DNA of 43,091 bases from an uncultured bacterium (lineage in GTDB: Bacteria; Omnitrophota; Omnitrophia; Omnitrophales; Aquincolibacteriaceae). The stretch covers positions 1-43,091 of the forward strand of contig CAZIQJ010000002.1 of NCBI GenBank assembly GCA_964541285.1. The letters run 5' to 3'. Each line of letters begins with the position of its first letter. Within the stretch, counting starts at the first letter, position 1. Positions 1 to 6,988 of this stretch are shown here, piece by piece. A model generated the notes under the pieces. That model was not told the origin of the DNA. It did no database searches and worked only from the letters and a program-made list of their open reading frames with translations. Made by a program: the position numbers and the translations under genes.

Positions 1-224
1 CCCGTGGCCCTGTTGCCAAAAACACGCGCGGGCAAAACCTTGGTGTTGTTCAAAACCAGGACATCTCCGGGAACAAGAAAATGCTCCAGGTCGCGGAAAA
101 TATGGTGAGAAAAATCTCCGGAAGCCCGGTCAACTTTTAAAAGCCGGGCTGAAGGACGATCCGCGGGCGGATGCGCGGCCACAAGCTCTCTGGGGAGATG
201 GTAATCAAATTCGGAGAGTTTCAT
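1..224 (-). CDS. queA: S-adenosylmethionine:tRNA ribosyltransferase-isomerase QueA, N-terminal 74 codons (gene continues past the left edge)
   Basis: Reverse translation from the ATG at 224..222 gives MKLSEFDYHLPRELVAAHPPADRPSARLLKVDRASGDFSHHIFRDLEHFLVPGDVLVLNNTKVLPARVFGNRATG, a canonical QueA N-terminus (F-Y-LP--LIA--P, SRLL, D-LV-N-TKV-PAR). It is absent from the ORF track because the window edge truncates it. Confidence 0.85.
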   Translation of the reverse strand, partial: MKLSEFDYHLPRELVAAHPPADRPSARLLKVDRASGDFSHHIFRDLEHFLVPGDVLVLNNTKVLPARVFGNRAT

Positions 225-231
225 GAAACAG

Positions 232-906
232 CTATGCGACCTGCTCCCCTTTCAGAATTTCAGGTACGGGCCTGGTGTCGATACGAATGCCGCCGTCATG
301 CTCAATTTTCAGCGTGTAAATCGTTCCGGGAAGAAAAAGCGAGCCCGGGGCCTCGATCTGCGCGTTTTTAACGCCTGAACGTTCGCGGGCCTGCGGATCC
401 AGCGCGTATTTCCAGAATTCTTTCCAGAGTTCCGTTTCAAAGGTATTTTGTTCCCCGGAAATTTTATAACCCTGGGGAACAGACTCCAGCGGCGTGATAT
501 CAAACTCCTGTGTGCGCGGGCCGTCCAGCACAAAAGCCTTGGTAAACAGGTACGCACTCCTGCCCTTCAGCTTGTCGCCTCCGCGCACAAACTTGTCTTC
601 AAAGCGGACCACAAGCGACTGAAATTGAATGATGTTTCCCTGAAATGTGAAGTATTTCGCGGGCAAAGGCTTTCCCGCAGCGTCGTATTCCAGAAACTTG
701 ATGGTCGTGCGGATCTTCTTCGAAGTTTCGTCAAATTCGCTTTTGGTCACCAGGACTTCGGCGGCGCGGGATTCGGCGGAGAGGCGCTCAATGACCTGGC
801 GAAGAATCCGGTTCTGCTCAAAGAAATTACGCACGTGGACAAAGACAAAAATGACCAGTGCCGCGGCCAAAAGCCCTTTAATAATGAATGATATTTTTAC
901 CTTCAT
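232..906 (-). CDS. Hypothetical N-terminally membrane-anchored protein (224 aa)
   Basis: This lies inside track ORF 232..927. The internal ATG at 906 has GGAAGGA 4-5 nt upstream. There is one hydrophobic helix (ISFIIKGLLAAALVIFVFV), then a soluble domain of about 190 aa with no motif I recognise. The stop is 7 nt from the queA start, so the two are probably co-transcribed. Confidence 0.6.
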   Translation of the reverse strand: MKVKISFIIKGLLAAALVIFVFVHVRNFFEQNRILRQVIERLSAESRAAEVLVTKSEFDETSKKIRTTIKFLEYDAAGKPLPAKYFTFQGNIIQFQSLVVRFEDKFVRGGDKLKGRSAYLFTKAFVLDGPRTQEFDITPLESVPQGYKISGEQNTFETELWKEFWKYALDPQARERSGVKNAQIEAPGSLFLPGTIYTLKIEHDGGIRIDTRPVPEILKGEQVA

Positions 907-985
907 AGAGTCCTTCCGGAGAGGCAAAACAGGCTAAAACTTTACCAGATAACCCTCCGGAAGTCTTGAAAAATAACCGGAAGCG

Positions 986-1771
986 TCAAAGCCCCTTCAG
1001 GAAGGGAACCAGCCTTTCATTAAAGGCCTGCGGATTCTCAAGGTTGGAAAGATGGGCCGCGCCGGGAATGATGTGCAGGGCTGATGCCGGAATGGCTTTT
1101 GCCATGGTCTCAGATACCGCGGGCGGAGTCAGCTTGTCATGCTCGCCCACCAGGATCAGCGTTGGAACCGCAATGGCGGGCAAAGCCTCGGTGGTGTCCG
1201 TACGCGCGGCAAGCGCCAGCAGTGTGCCGCTGATACCAAGCGAAAAATTCCCCGTGATCATTTTACGGACCTGTTCCGCGAGTTCAGGCCTGGATTTCAG
1301 CGTTTCTTCGCTCAAAACAGTTTTGACAAAACCTGCCGCGAATTCCTCCACCCCGTTTTTCTTGACCGCGGCCACAGCAGCCGAACGCTTGATACGGACC
1401 TCTCCGGTATCATCTTCGCTTTTGGTATCGCAAAGCACAAGCCCGAGGATCCGGTCCGGATGCCTTTGAACCGCGCGCAGGGCAATGTACCCGCCCATGG
1501 AAAGTCCGCACAGGACCGCCTTGCCGATTTTTAAATGATCCAGAAGATCGATCAGATCATCCACGAGAAATTCCATCGTGTACTGCCCGTCGCCAGGGTC
1601 ACTTTCGCCATGACCGCGCACGTCATAAGCCACGAGCCGGCAAAAATCCGCAAGAATTTTCATCTGCGGTTCCCACAGGGTGCGGTTAAATGGAAAGCCG
1701 TGGATCAAAATCACTGGAAGCCCTTCCTTTCTTCCACGCTCCTCAAAGGCAATCCCGTTGATCTTTTCCAT
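986..1771 (-). CDS. Alpha/beta-fold hydrolase
   Basis: Motifs seen: LPVILIHGFPFN (oxyanion region), VAYDVRGHGESD, nucleophile elbow GLSMGG, and a C-terminal His in PGAAHLSNLE. I chose the ATG at 1771 (MEKINGIAFEERG) because it abuts the upstream gene's stop at 1773. The track's extension to 1864 would overlap that gene. Confidence 0.8.
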   Translation of the reverse strand: MEKINGIAFEERGRKEGLPVILIHGFPFNRTLWEPQMKILADFCRLVAYDVRGHGESDPGDGQYTMEFLVDDLIDLLDHLKIGKAVLCGLSMGGYIALRAVQRHPDRILGLVLCDTKSEDDTGEVRIKRSAAVAAVKKNGVEEFAAGFVKTVLSEETLKSRPELAEQVRKMITGNFSLGISGTLLALAARTDTTEALPAIAVPTLILVGEHDKLTPPAVSETMAKAIPASALHIIPGAAHLSNLENPQAFNERLVPFLKGL

Positions 1772-1772
1772 G

Positions 1773-2159
1773 TCAGGCGGCGTCCGCGGCATAAGACGCG
1801 TCCCATTTCTGCCATGGATATTCCGGCTGAAGCAGGGGGACTCTGTTTTCTTTGGGAAACTCAAAAGGAAAAGTCAGTGTTTCAATGGCTCCGGAACCAA
1901 AACGTACCAGCCCCATCCCGATTCCCTGGACCAATCCCGCGGTCCAGCCATAGGCCGGACTTTCCGTCCTGCTGGTCACGGAAACCATTCTCGCGATTTC
2001 CACGGGTGAAGCGATCATATTCAGCACTCCCCGGCCAAGCTTGTCTCCCCAGCTGTATTCAGCCTTCACCGAAGAGCCCAGGTCAGCGCGCGCCGCCGTT
2101 ATCTGGCAAAGCATAAAAATAATTAAAACCATAAAAACACGGAAATAAATTTTTTTCAT
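1773..2159 (-). CDS. Secreted small protein resembling the exosortase-system-associated TIGR04073 family
   Basis: The ATG at 2159 gives MKKIYFRVFMVLIIFMLCQITAARA, a signal peptide. The mature part has KLGRGVLNMIASPVEI ... GLVQGIGMGLVRFGSGAIETLTFPFEFP ... PEYPW. This matches my memory of the TIGR04073 signature (KLGRG-N...EI, R--G--E--TFP). No exosortase gene is in the window. Confidence 0.6.
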   Translation of the reverse strand: MKKIYFRVFMVLIIFMLCQITAARADLGSSVKAEYSWGDKLGRGVLNMIASPVEIARMVSVTSRTESPAYGWTAGLVQGIGMGLVRFGSGAIETLTFPFEFPKENRVPLLQPEYPWQKWDASYAADAA

Positions 2160-2209
2160 CTTGCGCCTCCCTTTTTCAAATTTTGAATCCTTGATAAATC
2201 CGCCGTCCA

Positions 2210-2335
2210 TCAATGGCATCCTCGGAACAGAAAAATCAAAAACAGGACCGGCACAGGCACGCCCAGAAGCCAGAACAAGGCATAAGTCCTGAGCTTGCCT
2301 GAATCTGACCCGGTTATTTTAAAAATTTTTTGCAT
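2210..2335 (-). CDS. Small single-pass membrane protein (41 aa)
   Basis: This lies inside track ORF 2210..2455. The ATG at 2335 has AAGGAG 6 nt upstream. The product MQKIFKITGSDSGKLRTYALFWLLGVPVPVLFLIFLFRGCH is a short polar head plus one TM helix. It overlaps the preceding gene's 3' end by 17 nt. Confidence 0.5.
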   Translation of the reverse strand: MQKIFKITGSDSGKLRTYALFWLLGVPVPVLFLIFLFRGCH

Positions 2336-2726
2336 GTTTCGCTCCTTTTTCAAATACCGTGTCTTTCCCGAAAGTCTCCTGAAGCCAGCGGCGGGAAGAC
2401 AAGAACCAGAACACAAAACCCGCGGAAGGCAGGGCCTGCGCAAAACCGAGCGCAAGCATGACCCTCGCGGCGGGAGAAGGCCCTGAACTCAGCATCAGAT
2501 ACAACGCTGCCTGCAGAACAATCAGCCCGCTGAAGAAAAAAATGACGCACGCCGCCAGCTGAACGCCCCGAAGGCAGATGCTGCGCGCCCCCCGCATCAG
2601 CCGGAGCTGATAAATGGCGGTCTGGATTTTCACCAGCTCCCCCATTCCCTTGCGGTATTTGCGCACCGTGCCGCCCAGCGCAAGCATGGCAAGCATGAAC
2701 CATTTATTCTTCGCGCTCAGGTTCAT
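2319..2726 (-). CDS. Two-TM membrane protein, YqjE-like (DUF1469) by position and topology
   Basis: This lies inside track ORF 2319..2789. The ATG at 2726 overlaps the DUF883 gene's stop (ATGA). An amphipathic N-terminus is followed by two hydrophobic helices (LAACVIFFFSGLIVLQAALYLML and VMLALGFAQALPSAGFVFWFL). The gene order mirrors E. coli yqjD-yqjE. The family call rests on context, not on a motif. Confidence 0.45.
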   Translation of the reverse strand: MNLSAKNKWFMLAMLALGGTVRKYRKGMGELVKIQTAIYQLRLMRGARSICLRGVQLAACVIFFFSGLIVLQAALYLMLSSGPSPAARVMLALGFAQALPSAGFVFWFLSSRRWLQETFGKDTVFEKGAKHAKNF

Positions 2727-3016
2727 TTTTTCCCCAGCGCCATTCCCGCGACCAGCGCGACAAAAGCCGCGGCGCCAAGATAAGGCCACGGATTGCGGCG
2801 GACCCTGGCTTCTTCCGCGTGGAGCTCTTTGGCCACACGCTTTTTGGCCTGGTGAAGAAACTCAACGCCGTTCTCCGCCTGACCGGAAAGAAGTTCGCGG
2901 ATCTCCGCGTAGCGGTCGCCGATCATGCCGTAGAGTTCTTCTTTTTTTTCTTTTGCTGCTTCGTTCAAAAGATCCAGAGCTTCATGGATCTTGTCATGAT
3001 GTCTTGATGTTTTCAT
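2723..3016 (-). CDS. DUF883 family (ElaB/YqjD/YgaM-like) tail-anchored stress protein
   Basis: A helical N-terminal part (HDKIHEALDLLNEAAKEKKEELYG...) is followed by the C-terminal RRNPWPYLGAAAFVALVAGMALGKK. That matches the ENPW plus Gly/Ala-rich TM anchor that defines this family. AAGGAAG lies 5 nt upstream of the ATG at 3016. Confidence 0.75.
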   Translation of the reverse strand: MKTSRHHDKIHEALDLLNEAAKEKKEELYGMIGDRYAEIRELLSGQAENGVEFLHQAKKRVAKELHAEEARVRRNPWPYLGAAAFVALVAGMALGKK

Positions 3017-5420
3017 GTTCGCTTCCTTTCGCTGCGGATTCCTCCGCTGAGTTGATTTCCAAATCCACGAACAGGGGGAAGTGGTCGGACGCTGTCTTGT
3101 CCAGCTGAGTCCCCGGGATCGTGATTTTCCTGACCCGGATTTCCGGGCTTACAAACACATGGTCGATCCGGCTGAATCCATACGAACCGAGCCATGTTCC
3201 AGACGGCCGGTGAAACTCCAGGGCCGCCTGACAGTCGCACAGCTTCGCGGCCATGCGCCTGTAGACCGCTGACGAAGGAGCCGCGTTAAAATCCCCCGCC
3301 AGAATGACCGGCGTCCTGCATTCAGGGTTATCAAGCCATTCCGGCCCCAGCAGCGCCGCAGCCTGCACCAGCCGTTCCTGCGGCCAGATGCTCAAATGCG
3401 TGTTCAGCAGCTGGACCGCAGTTCCCTGAACATCGAGCTCCACCCACAGAACGCCGCGCGGCTCAAAAACCCTGCGGGCGGAAAACCCGGGCAGCGGCCC
3501 CACTTTGACGCGCCGCATGGGATAGCGGCTTAAAACCGCGTTTCCATAATGCCCATTCAGGCAAAAAGAAGGATGAAAATGAAAATCCATGCGCAGTTTG
3601 CGCGCAATAATTTCGGCCTGATGCGCCTGCCCGGAACGCTTTCTTCCCGCGTCAAGCTCCTGAAGCACAATAGCGTCAGGCTGATGCCGGGCCAGTACAC
3701 GGGCAATACGTTCGGGAGAAAATCTTCCATCCATCCCCAGGCAGCCATGCACGTTATAAGAAGCCACACGCAGGTATTTGGGTTCCGCTGAAACACCATA
3801 CTGCTCGTAGGTCACGCCCTCTTCGCCTCTTCCAAGCAAGCGCAGAGCGGCTTCTCTTATATGAAGCGGCCGCAAATATTCCCGGGCGCGGGCAGGCAGC
3901 GGAGCGTCCTGCGGAAACAGGGCAAACCCGCGCGTTTCTTCCCTGCCAAAACCGGCATGCGAACCGTTCTCCATGGGGAATGTGGTCGGCATTTCGCGGT
4001 TCAGCCAGCCGGAAACAATCAACTCCCCTGCTCCCGGATGATGGCAAAGCTGAACAAGGTCCTCCGTGACTTCATTTAAAAATGGATGGTCATGCCCCAT
4101 GATCACGGCCGCGTCATCCGGAAGTTTATAAATTCCGGAAGCCGTCATGGCCGTGACTTTACGGTTTTCAGCAGGAATCAAAACCAGGGGTGCTCCCGTT
4201 TTCTCCAGAATGGCCGCTGCTTTCCGTTTTTTTTCTTCCGCGCTGAGAGGAGCCGCCGGATAAATGTAGCAAAGAGGCCCCATGCCAAGCACGGTCACGC
4301 GCGGCACGGAAGCTCCGGACTGCGCAGCAGGCCCGGGAGGCGGCACGGATTGCTGCCCGTAACGCCCCGCGCTGCAGCCGCAGGATCGATGACCGTATGA
4401 AGCCGCTTCCACAATGGGTTCTTCCCCAAAAATTTCAGAGATTTTATTTTCAATGCGCATACCGCTTTTGACCCGGTACGGAAGGGTATCTTCCTGACCG
4501 TGGTCGGAGTAAACCCAGACTTCATATTCCCGGCGGTCGGCAACGCGCGCGGCTTCCCAAAGCTCCTTGACCGCGTGATCAATGCCGCGCAGGCACCAGT
4601 GCGCAAAAGCGGAGGACGGGCCGCGGCGGTGCGCCTGCTCATCGTACCCGAAAAAATTTACATGAATGACCGGAAGCCCCCGCGCGATATCGATCTTGGC
4701 CCCCAGCAGGACCAGTTCGCGCAGCAGCACGCAGATAAAAACACGCGTCAGAATGAACTGGAGTTCCATAAGAAAACTCTGACCCCGGATGACGCCGCGC
4801 GCCAGGTCGTAAATACCCAGACAGAACTCAATAACCATCAAAACCGCAGCACGCAAAAGCATGTCGATATGAAATAAAAAAAGAAAAAACCAGTTCACCG
4901 GGTTCAGCGCCTTGAAAAAACCCTGCCACCCCGCGCTGGCCACGCAAAAATGAGACTCCTGCGCTCCTCCGGTAAAAATATTCGAATAAGAACTTCCGCC
5001 TTCAAGCAGGCCGCGGTTCTCCCTCGCGAGACGTGTTTCGATTTCCGCCGCGGCCGCGGGGTTGTACATGGTGAAAACCTGCCCGCTTTCACGCTCACAG
5101 AAATTAAAGGCGGGAACACAGGACTTCACACCGTAAAAAAGTTCGCCCTGCACCGCGGGAGTGGCTGACGGAAGCCCCGAATAATGCGCGTACTCCCGGT
5201 ACTTTTCCTTCTGCATCAGGCGCTTAAGGAAAGGAAGATGGCCTTCACGCATGGCCCGGCGCATCTGGGTCTGCGAAAGCCCGTCTACCTGAACCATAAC
5301 AAGGCCCGGAGTGTGCCCCGGCACGCCCGATTTGGGCAGAGAAATCAGCCTCAGCTCCCAGTACGAGCGCATGAACCAGCGGCGTATTTTCCTTAAAAAA
5401 ACCGCCATCCGCGTGATCAT
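2994..5420 (-). CDS. Fusion protein (808 aa): alkaline-phosphatase/NPP-type core with an inserted membrane segment, plus a C-terminal endonuclease/exonuclease/phosphatase (EEP) domain
   Basis: AAGGAG lies 8 nt upstream of the ATG at 5420. The AlkP-superfamily motifs appear in order: VQVDGLS (aa 43-49), SGLPSATPAVQGELFYG (nucleophile region), FGYDEQAHRRGP, VYSDHGQ, ENGSHAG. Hydrophobic helices at about aa 172-240 interrupt the core. The EEP domain runs from about aa 548: LRVASYNVHG, IVLQELD, NTHLS, LAGDFNA, SRIDHVF, ASDHFPL. Confidence 0.75.
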   Translation of the reverse strand: MITRMAVFLRKIRRWFMRSYWELRLISLPKSGVPGHTPGLVMVQVDGLSQTQMRRAMREGHLPFLKRLMQKEKYREYAHYSGLPSATPAVQGELFYGVKSCVPAFNFCERESGQVFTMYNPAAAAEIETRLARENRGLLEGGSSYSNIFTGGAQESHFCVASAGWQGFFKALNPVNWFFLFLFHIDMLLRAAVLMVIEFCLGIYDLARGVIRGQSFLMELQFILTRVFICVLLRELVLLGAKIDIARGLPVIHVNFFGYDEQAHRRGPSSAFAHWCLRGIDHAVKELWEAARVADRREYEVWVYSDHGQEDTLPYRVKSGMRIENKISEIFGEEPIVEAASYGHRSCGCSAGRYGQQSVPPPGPAAQSGASVPRVTVLGMGPLCYIYPAAPLSAEEKKRKAAAILEKTGAPLVLIPAENRKVTAMTASGIYKLPDDAAVIMGHDHPFLNEVTEDLVQLCHHPGAGELIVSGWLNREMPTTFPMENGSHAGFGREETRGFALFPQDAPLPARAREYLRPLHIREAALRLLGRGEEGVTYEQYGVSAEPKYLRVASYNVHGCLGMDGRFSPERIARVLARHQPDAIVLQELDAGRKRSGQAHQAEIIARKLRMDFHFHPSFCLNGHYGNAVLSRYPMRRVKVGPLPGFSARRVFEPRGVLWVELDVQGTAVQLLNTHLSIWPQERLVQAAALLGPEWLDNPECRTPVILAGDFNAAPSSAVYRRMAAKLCDCQAALEFHRPSGTWLGSYGFSRIDHVFVSPEIRVRKITIPGTQLDKTASDHFPLFVDLEINSAEESAAKGSEHENIKTS

Positions 5421-5505
5421 TTTTATTCTCCTTTCCTCTTAAAAGTCCGGCGGCCGGAAAAGAGCGGAGGAAACACTCTTCCCCGGGCCGCACGGATCCG
5501 GAGCT

Positions 5506-5928
5506 CTAAATCCGTTCACTCCGGTTTTTATTTCCCGGATCCCTGTCTTCCTGTTTCCCGGAACCTGCGCGGTTTTCAGGGCTTTCGTCCGCTTCCCCAG
5601 ACTCCGCTTCCTCATGACCTCCGCCGGCAGCATCCATTTCACCAAGGTCCTCGCGGCGAGTGTCCGCATCATCGGCCTGGCGGGATTTCGGCGCGCCCGC
5701 TTCAGAAGAAGCCGTCTTGCCCCCCTGCGGCCGGCTTTCTTTTTCTTCCTCACCCGTAAAATTCCGGGTCCGTCCGGCTTTCTGTTCTTCCTCTCTCGAG
5801 GAAGGAGCATACGGACGCCGGGCCGGCGGCTGCTTCTCAGTCGTGCGTCCGCCCGTTGCCGTGCTTCCCGCGCCCTGGTAAGGCCGCGGCGGATTCTGCT
5901 GCTGCTTATTTTCAAAGTTCTTTTCCAT
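5506..5928 (-). CDS. Highly charged, low-complexity (intrinsically disordered, hydrophilin-like) protein, 140 aa
   Basis: The ATG at 5928 has GGGAGG 5 nt upstream. The product is rich in E/K/R/G/P/Q with no hydrophobic core (MEKNFENKQQQNPPRPYQGAGSTATGGRTTEKQ...). A competing ORF in another minus frame (5439..5933) lacks an RBS and is almost pure Arg/Lys. Coding status rests on the RBS and operon position. Confidence 0.5.
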   Translation of the reverse strand: MEKNFENKQQQNPPRPYQGAGSTATGGRTTEKQPPARRPYAPSSREEEQKAGRTRNFTGEEEKESRPQGGKTASSEAGAPKSRQADDADTRREDLGEMDAAGGGHEEAESGEADESPENRAGSGKQEDRDPGNKNRSERI

Positions 5929-5970
5929 AACAACCTCCCTGATTGTCCTTCATTTTTACTGTATTTTTAT

Positions 5971-6141
5971 TTACTGCCCCTTCCCGCGCCCTTCTTCGGC
6001 GTGGTGCTTCATGACGGTCCGCGCCGCGACTTCTTTGGCCTGCTTCCCATAAAGCCCAGACTTCAGGGCCGATTCTTTTATGTGCTCGTACTGCCTTTGT
6101 TCTTTTTTCCCAACTCCCTTCAGATGTTTACCGCCAGACAT
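5971..6141 (-). CDS. Small basic hydrophilic protein, 56 aa (below the ORF-track cutoff)
   Basis: My own translation is MSGGKHLKGVGKKEQRQYEHIKESALKSGLYGKQAKEVAARTVMKHHAEEGRGKGQ*. GAGGAAG lies 3 nt upstream of the ATG at 6141. The QRQYEHIKES...AKEVAARTV pattern recalls small ChaB-like or so-called plasmid-stabilisation helical proteins. That family recollection is uncertain. Confidence 0.5.
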   Translation of the reverse strand: MSGGKHLKGVGKKEQRQYEHIKESALKSGLYGKQAKEVAARTVMKHHAEEGRGKGQ

Positions 6142-6394
6142 AGCTTCCTCTTTTTCCCCCGCCCGACGGCGGAGTTACCGGCGGGAATTCCGCGGGCGGA
6201 GCCGGCGGCTGCGGCGGAGGAAAAACTCCCGGAGCTTCCCCGGGTTTTTCCGGGTCCGGCCCCCGCGGCGGTAATGAAGGCGGCTCTTCCGGCCTGGCTG
6301 GAGGCTCGCTCTCCGGCCCCTGGGGACGCGGCGGATTCACAGCAGGATCCGTCGAAGGCGGCGGAACTTTTGGTTTTTCCTGTTTCAATTTCAT
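6128..6394 (-). CDS. Proline-rich low-complexity protein, 88 aa
   Basis: This lies inside track ORF 6128..6493. The internal ATG at 6394 has AAGGAGG 5 nt upstream, overlapping the stop of the preceding gene. The product MKLKQEKPKVPPPSTDPAVNPPRPQGPESEPPARPEEPP... has no TM segment. Evidence is limited to the RBS and operon position. Confidence 0.4.
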   Translation of the reverse strand: MKLKQEKPKVPPPSTDPAVNPPRPQGPESEPPARPEEPPSLPPRGPDPEKPGEAPGVFPPPQPPAPPAEFPPVTPPSGGGKRGSYVWR

Positions 6395-6404
6395 AACAAC
6401 CTCC

Positions 6405-6641
6405 TTAATAGACCAGCGAACCTCTCTGGATCTGGTCCTTGCGGATTTCATACTCCCGCTGGTCAATTCTTCCGGCCTTGTAGTCCTCTTCAAGCCGGTT
6501 CATCTGGGATCTGGCATTGGCCTCATACGCCACGCCCGTGGCACCGGCGCCGCTGGCCGTGCCTCCCCAGAAAGCGCCCGAGCAGCCGGCAAAAACCGCC
6601 AGGACCCCGATCATCGCTATGACTCCGGTTTCTTTTTTCAT
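6405..6641 (-). CDS. Lipoprotein with a C-terminal SHOCT-like domain (78 aa)
   Basis: There is a signal peptide with a lipobox (VLAVFAGC). The C-terminus MNRLEEDYKAGRIDQREYEIRKDQIQ fits the SHOCT short C-terminal domain pattern (L---Y--G-I---EY---K--I). GGGAGAG lies 4 nt upstream of the ATG at 6641. Confidence 0.65.
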   Translation of the reverse strand: MKKETGVIAMIGVLAVFAGCSGAFWGGTASGAGATGVAYEANARSQMNRLEEDYKAGRIDQREYEIRKDQIQRGSLVY

Positions 6642-6662
6642 AACACTCTCCCTTTTCAGGTT

Positions 6663-6788
6663 TCATTTCTGCATGCTTTCGCCTGCGCCCTCAATGTCGC
6701 GGCCGACACCCCTGACCGTTTCACTGTGGCATCCGGTTAAAACCGCAAGCATTCCCGCGACCATCAAAAAAGCGATGAACTTTTTCAT
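6663..6788 (-). CDS. Entericidin EcnA/B-family lipoprotein (41 aa)
   Basis: This lies inside the over-extended track ORF 6663..7010. The product MKKFIAFLMVAGMLAVLTGCHSETVRGVGRDIEGAGESMQK has a lipobox (LTGC) followed by T-RG-G-DI---G--I, the entericidin signature (compare E. coli EcnB ...[21 protein letters not shown]...). Confidence 0.65.
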   Translation of the reverse strand: MKKFIAFLMVAGMLAVLTGCHSETVRGVGRDIEGAGESMQK

Positions 6789-6799
6789 GTCTTCCCCTT

Positions 6800-6973
6800 T
6801 CAGGCCAGAGGCGGCCGCTTGATATTTCCAAACAAAAGCGAAGCCACAAACAGCACCAGAAAAATCACGAAAAGAATTTTCGCGATCACCGCAGCGCTGG
6901 CGGCAATGCCTGTAAAACCCAGCAGCCCTGCCACAATGGCAATAATCAAAAACGAAATGGTCCACGACAGCAT
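6800..6973 (-). CDS. DUF1328 (UPF0391, YtjA-like) small membrane protein, 57 aa (below the ORF-track cutoff)
   Basis: My own translation is [57 protein letters not shown]. It closely parallels E. coli YtjA ([47 protein letters not shown]). AAGGAAGG lies 6 nt upstream of the ATG at 6973. Confidence 0.7.
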   Translation of the reverse strand: MLSWTISFLIIAIVAGLLGFTGIAASAAVIAKILFVIFLVLFVASLLFGNIKRPPLA

Positions 6974-6988
6974 GATGCACCTTCCTTT

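Noticed and set aside
5439-6396. Alternative long ORFs in the low-complexity region: 5439..5933 (minus, 164 aa) and 5614..6396 (plus, 260 aa).
   Set aside because: Neither has a Shine-Dalgarno sequence. The products are extreme poly-Arg/Lys or Phe/Leu/Arg-rich. The frames with proper RBS (starts at 5928, 6141 and 6394) explain the region better. Residual uncertainty is acknowledged.
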